Shown here: piece after piece, positions 38,771 to 47,553 of the stretch
Numbering within the stretch: the stretch's first letter is position 1
Layout: every line of letters begins with the position of its first letter
DNA from: Bacteroidales bacterium
GTDB lineage: Bacteria; Bacteroidota; Bacteroidia; Bacteroidales; WCHB1-69
Length of the DNA: 64,000 nt
Assembly (NCBI GenBank): GCA_017454945.1
Contig: JAFTCA010000121.1
Coordinates: forward strand, 118 to 64,117
Direction: 5' to 3'
Made by a program: the position numbers and the translations under genes
Notes under the pieces: model-generated
Seen by the model: the letters and a program-made list of their open reading frames with translations, nothing else
Told to the model about the DNA's origin: nothing
The model's database searches: none

Positions 38771-39874
38771 ATGTTTTTTCAAGTTTATGGGGCTAACGCC
38801 CTCGCCCAATGGGGAATGCTACTCGTCGTTCTCGTTGGCTTGATTCTTTTCAACGAGTTTGCCCGTCGTACGAAAATTGGCGGCGCCATCACGTTCTTTG
38901 TTATTCCGTTGGCACTTACGGTTTACTTCGTTGCCATTGCTGTCGGAGCTCGTATGGGTGCCGAATGGGCCGTGACCAACCAAACCCACGTGTACATGAA
39001 CGGCTGGTTCCACTACGCCAAATTGTACGCTGCACTTACAGGCTGTATCGGCTTTATGATGATTAAATACAAATGGGGCATCGGTGCCAAACACTGGTTC
39101 AAACCCTTCCCCTTTATCATCGTGGCTATTAACATCCTCATTGCCGTAGTTTCCGACTTCGAATCAGCAGTTATGGGCTGGCACAAATGGTGGCTCTCAA
39201 GCGAAGGCGTATGGCTTTATGGTGGCTGGCACAACGTGTTCAACGGCATCGCCGGTATCCTCAACATCTTCTGTATGACCGCATGGTGGAATGTATTCCC
39301 CTCAAAAGACAAGAAGGATATGATCTGGGCCGACATGACCTGGGTATTCATCGTTGTTTATGACATCTGGAACTTCGCCTACACTTACAACTGCTTGCCC
39401 ACCCACTCATGGTATTGTGGTATCGCCCTGTTGCTCGCTCCTACCGTTGCAGCTCTGCTGTGGAACCGCGGTGGTTGGATCCAGAATCGTGCCAACACAC
39501 TGGCTATCTGGTGCATGTTTGCTCAGGTGTTCCCGCTCTTCCAAGAGACTTTCTTCAACGGCAAACAATTCTTCTCATGGGCAGTTCTGCCTACGCAGTA
39601 CGTCAACGGCATCGAGACCGTTAACGCCATCTATGCTGCATCGGGTCTGGGTGATGAAGTCATTGCTCACACCACCGTTGCTGCCGAAGGTGTAACTGCC
39701 GCTAACCCCAACGCTATGCTGTTCATCAGCGCCCTGGCTTTGATTACCAACGCCATCGCTCTGTGCTACATCCTCGTTCAAGCTAAGAAACGCCACATCA
39801 ACCCGTACAAGGAAGATGTATTCATCAACCAGAAGTACTACAAAGACGCTGTGGCTCGCGCCGATATGGAATAG
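38771..39874 (+). CDS. multi-pass membrane protein, DUF5692-like
   Basis: 367 aa; WFHYAKLY, INILIAVVSDF, DMIWADMTW, YDIWNFAYTYNC and WIQNRANTLAIW. Family name recalled, not searched. Confidence 0.75.
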   Translation: MFFQVYGANALAQWGMLLVVLVGLILFNEFARRTKIGGAITFFVIPLALTVYFVAIAVGARMGAEWAVTNQTHVYMNGWFHYAKLYAALTGCIGFMMIKYKWGIGAKHWFKPFPFIIVAINILIAVVSDFESAVMGWHKWWLSSEGVWLYGGWHNVFNGIAGILNIFCMTAWWNVFPSKDKKDMIWADMTWVFIVVYDIWNFAYTYNCLPTHSWYCGIALLLAPTVAALLWNRGGWIQNRANTLAIWCMFAQVFPLFQETFFNGKQFFSWAVLPTQYVNGIETVNAIYAASGLGDEVIAHTTVAAEGVTAANPNAMLFISALALITNAIALCYILVQAKKRHINPYKEDVFINQKYYKDAVARADME

Positions 39875-39892
39875 TATCGTCCAACAGTTTAT

Positions 39893-39928
39893 AAAAAAAA
39901 CGCCATCGGAAACCGATGGCGTTTTTTT
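39893..39928. terminator. bidirectional intrinsic terminator
   Basis: A8-cgccatcgg-aaa-ccgatggcg-T7, between convergent genes. Confidence 0.85.
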
Positions 39929-39949
39929 ACTCTAACACCATAACTACTA

Positions 39950-40594
39950 TCACTTATTTTCATCTTCTTCTTTAGGACGAAGATAACCTATTGAATGAGA
40001 ATGCTGAACAACTGGGGTTTGTAACTCAGCCAAAGCCACACTGATTGCATCCAACTGAGCTTGAGTGCTTTCGTTAATATCGTTCTGATCCCGAAGAATG
40101 TCTTCAATATCAAGTTTTAAATCATCAAAATCCTTGCGCAATTTTCCTATCTCAGCAGCAATGCCAGGCAAAGATAAAGTGACTGACAGACGATGAATTT
40201 CAGTAAAGACTCGCATAATACCAATATTTACTTGAATGGCCAAGGGAGATCGCAATACACTGCTTAACATAGCAACACCATTTTCGGTAAAAGCATACGG
40301 AAGTTTACGCAACCCCTTGCTTGCAAAATTGGATGTCGCAAATTGCGATATCCAATTTTGCTGTTCGGACATATTCGCCATGTTTGAACAAATAAGTTGA
40401 GATCTTATAAATTCAAGCTCTTCTTTTGTTAATTGAAACATAAAATCTTCAGGAAATCTTTCATGATTGCGCTTGACCTGTTCGTTAAGTCTTCTTGTTT
40501 CTACTTGATATAATCTTGCGAGATCAAAATCAAGCATAACACGCTTTCCCCGAATAATATAAATTAGATTATGAATGTGTTCTATTGACTCCAT
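39950..40594 (-). CDS. ORF6N domain-containing protein (second in the window)
   Basis: [46 protein letters not shown] and [20 protein letters not shown]-rich. Confidence 0.92.
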   Translation of the reverse strand: MESIEHIHNLIYIIRGKRVMLDFDLARLYQVETRRLNEQVKRNHERFPEDFMFQLTKEELEFIRSQLICSNMANMSEQQNWISQFATSNFASKGLRKLPYAFTENGVAMLSSVLRSPLAIQVNIGIMRVFTEIHRLSVTLSLPGIAAEIGKLRKDFDDLKLDIEDILRDQNDINESTQAQLDAISVALAELQTPVVQHSHSIGYLRPKEEDENK

Positions 40595-40664
40595 GTTTAA
40601 TTAATATTTCCTATTTTACAAAATGCAAAATTAAGAAATATTTATTAAATATAAAGCACCAATT

Positions 40665-42977
40665 TTATTCTTTCACTACTTTGACCGTATGTACTTTTTG
40701 TGGCGACGAGAGCCTTAACAGATAGGCGCCAGCACTGTACTGCGCCATCGACATTTCGTTATTCCCTGTTTGCAAATTCTTTTTAGACAATAATTTACCA
40801 GAAAAATCCATCAACTCGGCTTGCATCGCTTCTGGCAACACAATTTCCAAGCGGTCCTCTACAGGATTGGGAAACACATTAATTTGGCCCGTTTCCCTGT
40901 CGAAGACCGAAAGCGCAGCATTGCCCACACCCAAAGTATATTCGCCAGGCATAAGCCACTTCGTGGACAGATAACCGACATAGCTCGAGCTGGAACGAGT
41001 AAACGGAATGATACGCCAATCGTCAGAAGGGTCTCGACGATAAAGCAATACCAGCTGGTTTTTATTAAATCCTTGCATCAACTCGTATTCTGGCTGACTG
41101 GGCAAAATGAAAGCAAAATGGAACTTGAGTTGTCCCTTGAAGCCAGTGCCAGGCACATATTCCACACGCCAATAATGTTGATTTGAAATGCGATAGATAT
41201 CATTATCCACCCTTTTAATGGTATCGGGTGCCACTAAATGATTCTCAACACGCAACCGTAAAGTATCGTCGGCGGCGGCTTCCGTAATTTGAACTTGAAA
41301 GTCGGCAAGCGAATAACTGTAATTACCTGTAGCCGTAATCGTGAAGTTATTATCAATCACAGCGTCGGCCATCTTATTATGATAATCCACCACACCGTAA
41401 ACAGGATTAAACGGCAGCGACAAATGCAATACCGTACGCGAGCCCGACACCACACAACCCTCTACAGTGTAGGGTGCTTTTCCATTTGCGAAAAAGGTGA
41501 TATCAACCTTCTGTTGCTGCGCCAACTGCTCGGCATGGCACAACTGCTGACGCACATACACCCGGTAATTGCGTGCCATCTTGTCGTAGCGAATTGAGTC
41601 TATAGAAAAATGCAGAAAACCGGGCTGGTTAATCCATCCTTCGTAGAAATCCTGCAAGGAAACATCCGCAACCACACCCGTAACTTCCTCTAAATGAGAT
41701 ATTAATTGTTTAGAAGTAACATTACTAAAAGCATAGCGGTCGAACAGCGAACGCAAGCCCGCAAAGAAGAGAGAATCGCCCAAGAGGTTGCGCAGCGTAT
41801 AGACCACAATGGCTCCCTTATCGTAGCTGGTCTTGCCATACGTACACGTCTGAGGCACTTGATTCAGTGCAAAATAGTCGCCGTCGCTCTTCTCGAGATT
41901 CAGTAACACATCATGATGCAAAGCCTGAAAAGCCGACTCGTAAGCCTCTTTGCCCTTCAGACATTCTACCGTCAACAGATCGCCGCAGAAAGCGGCAAAC
42001 CCTTCGTTTATCCACATTTCTTCGGCTTTCTGGCAAGTAATCAGATTGCCAAACCAAGCATGCGACAACTCATGCGACCAGAGCGACCGTGCCGCATCCG
42101 TTCCGTCCACAGTCCGCACAGGATAGGCAATACTAGTGGCGTGCTCCATGGCGCCGTAGTCAAAATCCACCGTCACATAACCCACTCTCTGCCAGCGATA
42201 GGGACCGAATAATCGCTCGTAGGCGTGAATCATCTTTTTGAGATTGGCAAACGAGCCATCCCTTTTCGCAGTGACCGAAGGGTGCGTATAGATTTCGATA
42301 GGGATAATGCGCTCCAGCCCCTGGATGGTATCGCGCCACACATCGTAGGGACCCACAGCCACCGAAGCAAGATACGTAGGAATCGGGTCGGTAAGCTGCC
42401 ACGTCCAGACCACCGACTGGTCGGCCAGTTCCGTCGAATCGGTGAGCATACCGCCACACACCGCCCGCTTGCCGTGGGGCGCACGCACATGAAAAGTATA
42501 GGTCGACTTATCGGTAAACACATCCAGACAGGGGAACCACACGCGACCGAAGTTGTGGGGAATGTCTTTCATGCCCACGCCCATATTGTAGGCATACTCG
42601 CCTGCAAAGTAGAAGCCGCCCCATTGGCTGTCTTGCGCCGGCTGACCATGATAGGCGACACGCACCAACAGGGTATCGCCCGCATGGCAGTCGCTACGGA
42701 GCACTACCCGAAGTCGCTCGCCCTGACGGACAAACGCCGCCGGCTGTCCGTCAACCCACACCGAATCGACAGCCAAGGCCCGCAAATCCAAATCCACGTA
42801 CGGCAAAGCCGATTTTTTAGCCACCACCTGCAATTCAGCCAATCCTTCAATAGTTTGATTGGCAAAGTCCATAATAGATAGTTGCAGGTCGTAATGAGCC
42901 ACATGTATCGAGTCGGTGCGCTGCGCCCACGAGAAAGAAACACAAAGCAACAGCAAACAAGTCAGTATCTTTTTCAT
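40665..42977 (-). CDS. M1 family aminopeptidase with T9SS type A C-terminal domain
   Basis: GAMEH exopeptidase motif, HELSH + E (WINEGFA), and YDKG. C-terminal VFPNPV...GAYLLRL..KVVKE. Start set at ATG 42977 (signal peptide MKKILTCLLL). Confidence 0.92.
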   Translation of the reverse strand: MKKILTCLLLLCVSFSWAQRTDSIHVAHYDLQLSIMDFANQTIEGLAELQVVAKKSALPYVDLDLRALAVDSVWVDGQPAAFVRQGERLRVVLRSDCHAGDTLLVRVAYHGQPAQDSQWGGFYFAGEYAYNMGVGMKDIPHNFGRVWFPCLDVFTDKSTYTFHVRAPHGKRAVCGGMLTDSTELADQSVVWTWQLTDPIPTYLASVAVGPYDVWRDTIQGLERIIPIEIYTHPSVTAKRDGSFANLKKMIHAYERLFGPYRWQRVGYVTVDFDYGAMEHATSIAYPVRTVDGTDAARSLWSHELSHAWFGNLITCQKAEEMWINEGFAAFCGDLLTVECLKGKEAYESAFQALHHDVLLNLEKSDGDYFALNQVPQTCTYGKTSYDKGAIVVYTLRNLLGDSLFFAGLRSLFDRYAFSNVTSKQLISHLEEVTGVVADVSLQDFYEGWINQPGFLHFSIDSIRYDKMARNYRVYVRQQLCHAEQLAQQQKVDITFFANGKAPYTVEGCVVSGSRTVLHLSLPFNPVYGVVDYHNKMADAVIDNNFTITATGNYSYSLADFQVQITEAAADDTLRLRVENHLVAPDTIKRVDNDIYRISNQHYWRVEYVPGTGFKGQLKFHFAFILPSQPEYELMQGFNKNQLVLLYRRDPSDDWRIIPFTRSSSSYVGYLSTKWLMPGEYTLGVGNAALSVFDRETGQINVFPNPVEDRLEIVLPEAMQAELMDFSGKLLSKKNLQTGNNEMSMAQYSAGAYLLRLSSPQKVHTVKVVKE

Positions 42978-43062
42978 AAGTGTCATCGTAACAATTCCAG
43001 CCAACAAAATTACACTATTTTACGCACCTTTTCTGAAAAAATCGCTACCTTTGCATATCAAA

Positions 43063-43578
43063 ATGGTCATTATGCGTCGCACCTTCCACATACCGCTTTC
43101 CATTGTCGAACTGGAACCCGACAACTACCACCTCATCTGTCGCGGTCGCATAAACGGCCATCCGCTCCGACTCATCATCGACACGGGCGCCTCGCACAGC
43201 TGCTTCGACACGCACTTCATCACCTCCATCCAACAAGATGCCGAGATGACCGAAAATGACGGCCTCAGTGTCAGCATCGGCAGCGACGACTTCGCCAGCC
43301 ATATCACCATTCTCAAGCAATTCAAACTTGGTCAATTCGAACTTACAGACTATCAAGTGGTTCTACTCGACTTGATTCATATCAACCAAGCCTACCTTAC
43401 GCTAAAACTGCCCACTATCCAAGGCATTATCGGCAGCGACTTCCTACGACGCTACGGGGCTGTTATTGACTACCAGACGCTTACGATGACCATACGGATA
43501 CCAAGGGAATTCAAAATTCAAAAAACAAAGAACAAAGTAGAGATGCAGCGTGCCGCGTCTGAATGGAATCCGCTGTGA
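43063..43578 (+). CDS. retropepsin-like (clan AA) aspartic protease
   Basis: IIDTGASHS and GIIGSDFL motifs. Start set at ATG 43063, after the TACCTTTG box; the track ORF from 42916 overlaps the divergent gene. Confidence 0.85.
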   Translation: MVIMRRTFHIPLSIVELEPDNYHLICRGRINGHPLRLIIDTGASHSCFDTHFITSIQQDAEMTENDGLSVSIGSDDFASHITILKQFKLGQFELTDYQVVLLDLIHINQAYLTLKLPTIQGIIGSDFLRRYGAVIDYQTLTMTIRIPREFKIQKTKNKVEMQRAASEWNPL

Positions 43579-43638
43579 ACCGCGGAATGGAAGACTAAGA
43601 ACAAATAGACGCAGTACGTTGATGAGTAACAACTAATT

Positions 43639-44193
43639 ATGGAAGAGAATATCATTTTGGGCATTGACCCGGGCACCAACATTATGGGATACGCACTGCT
43701 GAAGAGTGCGGGCAACCGCTCCGAAGTGCTCAAGATGGGCGTTATCAAGATGACGCGCCTGAAAGATCAAAGCGAGAAGCTGACTGCCATCTTCAATGCG
43801 GTAAGCCAGCTCATAACTGACTACAAACCCACCGTGCTGGCTATCGAAGCGCCGTTTTTGGGCAAGAACCCCCAGTCGATGCTCAAATTGGGCCGTGCAC
43901 AAGGTGTGGCCATCGGGGCCTGTCTGCACCACAACCTGCAAGTTTTTGAGTATCCACCGCGAAAAATCAAGCAGGCCATCACAGGCAACGGCAACGCCTC
44001 GAAAGAGCAGGTGGCCGCCATGCTGAACCACATGATGACGGTGCCCAACGACAGCGACTATCTGGACGCCACCGACGCGCTTGCAGCCGCCGTCTGCCAC
44101 CAGTCACAAAACAGAGTGCAACTCGGAGGACGCAAATTCTCGGGTTGGGAGAATTTCCTCGCCCAGAATAAAGACCGCATCATTACCAAATAA
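43639..44193 (+). CDS. ruvC: Holliday junction resolvase RuvC
   Basis: ILGIDPG, AIEAPF..KN.QSMLKLGRAQG, ITGNGNASKEQV and DATDALAAAVCH. Confidence 0.97.
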   Translation: MEENIILGIDPGTNIMGYALLKSAGNRSEVLKMGVIKMTRLKDQSEKLTAIFNAVSQLITDYKPTVLAIEAPFLGKNPQSMLKLGRAQGVAIGACLHHNLQVFEYPPRKIKQAITGNGNASKEQVAAMLNHMMTVPNDSDYLDATDALAAAVCHQSQNRVQLGGRKFSGWENFLAQNKDRIITK

Positions 44194-44195
44194 AA

Positions 44196-45491
44196 CTATC
44201 GATTACTTTTCCCCACAACTATCGTTGTGAACTGTTCTGGCTGCAGATAAGTCTGCGCCAATCGCTGTATGGTGTCGGCATCAGTCGTGCGGATGGACTC
44301 TATTGTTTGATAAAACTCCTGTTCATCCAGTCCAAAGTTCTGCCAGTATATGTATCTCTTCATCAACTTAATAGAACCGTCAACCTCGCGCAACACACTG
44401 CCTAACATATAATTGCGCACCAATGCCAATTCCTCGTCGCCAGGCTTCTCCTCTTGCAGACGGCGCATTTCGTCGTAGCAAGCCTTCACCGCCAAATCTG
44501 TCTTATCGATATTCACCTCACTGTCAATATAATGTATCGACTGGTCTTGGAAAAACATCGTACCATTAAACACACCGTAAGTATAGCCGTTCGTCTCGCG
44601 CAGGTTCTGCATCAGACGCGAGCCCATGTAGCCCCCAAATAACACCGACAGAACCGGCCACGCACGATTGTCGGGATGATTGTAGCCGACAAAACGGCGA
44701 CACAAAGTCATCGACGACTGCATGCTATCAGCGTCTTCCTCATAAACCCACGGCGATACGTTCCCCTCAAGCATCCTGGCAGCCACCAACGATACTGCGC
44801 CTTCTGGAATCTGCGAGAAGGTCGTCTCGATAAGATGCTGCAGCGACTCATCTACTTGACCCGAAACATACAAACTGACATTTTGGGATGTCAACACACG
44901 ATGATAATATTCTTCCAATTGACTGGTTGTCAGCGCTTCAATATGTTGACGGGTCAACTGCGTGCCGCGACAGGTGTTTTCACCAAAGAGTGTCTTGAAC
45001 ATCAACTGCGTGGCCCTATAGCCACCCTTGCCCAGATTATATTCCAGTCGCTTGATACTCAATTGTTTCTGTCTCTCCAATGCATCTTCTTCAAATAGAG
45101 GATATAACAGCAGATGTATGATAAACGGTAACACGCTTTCGCAGTTGCGGAGCGGCACCGAAATATTGATTTCCGTAGTGGTCATCCCCTGTTCCACCTC
45201 CAAAGAGACACCGTAATAGTCCAGAAAGTCATTCACCTCCTCAGCAGTTTTGCCCTGCACCGCACCTTTCATCAACGCAAAGCACATCGACGACAGGTGT
45301 TTTTGAGTCTCGTGAAGAATCCCCGTATGCAGAACCACCACAAAATGAATCAGTTCCAACTGTGCATTGTAAAACAAGGTCTCCTCAATGCCGTTGCGAA
45401 GCATGAATTTTCGCGGCGGCGTCAGCTCGAACAATTGAAAATCTTTGATTTCAGGCGCTTTAGTCCTGTCTACTGGCATCTTCTCTCTCAT
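44196..45491 (-). CDS. M16 (insulinase-like) peptidase family protein, likely non-catalytic
   Basis: LFGGYMGSRLMQNLRETNGYTYG and C-terminal VVG. No HxxEH zinc motif seen. Confidence 0.8.
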   Translation of the reverse strand: MREKMPVDRTKAPEIKDFQLFELTPPRKFMLRNGIEETLFYNAQLELIHFVVVLHTGILHETQKHLSSMCFALMKGAVQGKTAEEVNDFLDYYGVSLEVEQGMTTTEINISVPLRNCESVLPFIIHLLLYPLFEEDALERQKQLSIKRLEYNLGKGGYRATQLMFKTLFGENTCRGTQLTRQHIEALTTSQLEEYYHRVLTSQNVSLYVSGQVDESLQHLIETTFSQIPEGAVSLVAARMLEGNVSPWVYEEDADSMQSSMTLCRRFVGYNHPDNRAWPVLSVLFGGYMGSRLMQNLRETNGYTYGVFNGTMFFQDQSIHYIDSEVNIDKTDLAVKACYDEMRRLQEEKPGDEELALVRNYMLGSVLREVDGSIKLMKRYIYWQNFGLDEQEFYQTIESIRTTDADTIQRLAQTYLQPEQFTTIVVGKSNR

Positions 45492-45492
45492 C

Positions 45493-46476
45493 TTAATCCA
45501 TATAGACTTCCATCAGTTGCGTTTTGCCCATAGGAATGATATTGATGTCGGGCATCGAAGCCGGCAGCAGCAGTACTTCACCCTTCCCAATCTCCTCGTG
45601 GATACCGTCGCGGATGAAATGCGCCTGCCCTTCCAGACAGATGTACAGCACAAACGAATCAATCTTCATATAAACCTTCTGCAGCGGCTTGTCTAAGTTA
45701 ATCATATTCAGATTGAAAAACTCGGAGCGCACCACAGGCACCGAAGCGTTAAACTTGGGCTGGTAGTCCACCTTGAACGGATTCGGCTGTTTGAAGTCGA
45801 GCACCTGCAACGCCTCTTCGGTATGCAGTTCGCGGGGTTTACCCTGCGCATCCACGCGGTTCCAGTCGAAAATGCGGAAAGTGATATCCGACGATTCCTG
45901 TATTTCGGCCAACAAAACCCCTGCACCGATAGCGTGCACGGTGCCAGCAGGAATGAAGAAGGTGTCGCCTTTTTGCACGGGATAGAACTGCAACAGCTGG
46001 TCCACCGTGCCCTCGGCCACTGATTTCAGGTACTGGTCGCGGGTAACGCCTTTTTTGAAACCCACATACAAGCCAGCACCCGGCTCAGCATCAATCACAT
46101 GCCACATCTCCGTCTTGCCGTTCGAGTCGTAATGCTCTTTGGCCCACTTGTCATCGGGGTGCACCTGTACCGAAAGATTGGCGGCGGCATCAATGAACTT
46201 GATAAGCAACGGAAATCCCAACTGGCTCTTCTCGAACACCTTGTCGCCCACAAGATCACCCATATAGATTTCCACCATCTCATCCAGGCCATTTTCCGAA
46301 AGGAAACCGTTGGTCACTTCCGACACATCCCCTTCAATGTCCGACAACAGCCAGCACTCACCACAATTGGGCAAAGTGCCTGTGTCAAGACCCAGCACGC
46401 GGTTAATCTTCTGTCCACCCCAAATCTTCTCTTTGAAGATGGGTTTGAACTTGAGCGGATATAGCATACTTTCCAT
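45493..46476 (-). CDS. manA: type I mannose-6-phosphate isomerase
   Basis: KEKIWGG, FPLLIKFIDA, LSVQVHP, GKTEMW, AGTVHAIG, EIQESSDITFR and RELH. Confidence 0.93.
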   Translation of the reverse strand: MESMLYPLKFKPIFKEKIWGGQKINRVLGLDTGTLPNCGECWLLSDIEGDVSEVTNGFLSENGLDEMVEIYMGDLVGDKVFEKSQLGFPLLIKFIDAAANLSVQVHPDDKWAKEHYDSNGKTEMWHVIDAEPGAGLYVGFKKGVTRDQYLKSVAEGTVDQLLQFYPVQKGDTFFIPAGTVHAIGAGVLLAEIQESSDITFRIFDWNRVDAQGKPRELHTEEALQVLDFKQPNPFKVDYQPKFNASVPVVRSEFFNLNMINLDKPLQKVYMKIDSFVLYICLEGQAHFIRDGIHEEIGKGEVLLLPASMPDINIIPMGKTQLMEVYMD

Positions 46477-46485
46477 AACTATCTG

Positions 46486-47439
46486 TTATTGAGGAGGTTT
46501 ATAAAATTCTCTCTGTTTAATTTCGTGTTCTGGGCGCTTCACATCAGGATTATAGCCTTTCACTTTAGGCAGATAGAGCCACTTGCCATTGTCGGCCACA
46601 AAACCCTGATTCAGACTCGATTCGGGCACCAGATAGGCAGGAATGCCATCCAATCCGTCTTCCAACGGCGCCAGCACATCGAAAATAATCAGATTATCCC
46701 AAACGGTTTCATAAATGGGCTTTCTCGTTTTGGGATCTTTCTTGCCCGTATTCAACTCATACGCCTGACGCTCGTACTTGAGCGACAGTACCGAATTTTT
46801 GGCATATTCCAATATCACACGGCTCACCTTGGAACTGTATTTCTTGAAAATCATGGCACCGAACATGGGAGTCTGGTCGGCCTTAAAATGCAGCACTTCG
46901 ATAATTTTCTGATTGGTAAACAAGTTGTTGCCATTCCAACCGAAGAGCGTGTAATAGGTCTTGTTCTTGGCTTCCAGCGGGACCACTTTGTAATAGATGG
47001 CGCCGTACCAATGGTTCTGGTCGCCAATCTGGGTGTTGGGATAATCTATCGTCCCGCGCTTGTCGTACAGCGGATAGATGACATACTTCTTACGGCGGTC
47101 GTTATAGACCTGCAGGAAACCGAAATTCTCGTAGGTAAAATCATCCTTCGGCACAAACCACGTGAAGATTTTGAAAAGCTTGTCGGGCGAAGTGACCACT
47201 GAGAAGTTCTTCACCGAATCCCAGCCGAACTTGAAAGAGTTGGGCTCCCAGAGAATCGACTCCAGCAGATTCATAAAGTCCTCATTCAACTGATAGCGTT
47301 CAATTTCCGAGGATGCCGAAACGACAGAATTGCGCAAATGTATCAGCGAATCTTCCCAAAAGCGGAAGTCGAACGAGCGCTGCGCAATGGCTCCCGACAA
47401 AGAGAACAACAGGACCGATACAAGAATGATACGCTTCAT
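46486..47439 (-). CDS. conserved hypothetical exported protein
   Basis: Signal peptide MKRIILVSVLLFSLSGAIA at ATG 47439; W(Y)GAIYY and YYTLFGWNG motifs. The longer track ORF overlaps the ABC-F gene. Confidence 0.75.
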   Translation of the reverse strand: MKRIILVSVLLFSLSGAIAQRSFDFRFWEDSLIHLRNSVVSASSEIERYQLNEDFMNLLESILWEPNSFKFGWDSVKNFSVVTSPDKLFKIFTWFVPKDDFTYENFGFLQVYNDRRKKYVIYPLYDKRGTIDYPNTQIGDQNHWYGAIYYKVVPLEAKNKTYYTLFGWNGNNLFTNQKIIEVLHFKADQTPMFGAMIFKKYSSKVSRVILEYAKNSVLSLKYERQAYELNTGKKDPKTRKPIYETVWDNLIIFDVLAPLEDGLDGIPAYLVPESSLNQGFVADNGKWLYLPKVKGYNPDVKRPEHEIKQREFYKPPQ

Positions 47440-47553
47440 TTTTATCAAAATGCAAAGATAATACTTTTCATAAAGCGAAGGGCGAACTTTCACATTTTCG
47501 GGGCGGAAGCCGAACCGGAAATTATCGTATTTTTGCACCCTCAAACTGGTGAT

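Noticed and set aside
44196-45491. Active M16 zinc protease
   Set aside because: No HxxEH motif is visible. It is more likely the non-catalytic partner subunit, which is common and not unusual.
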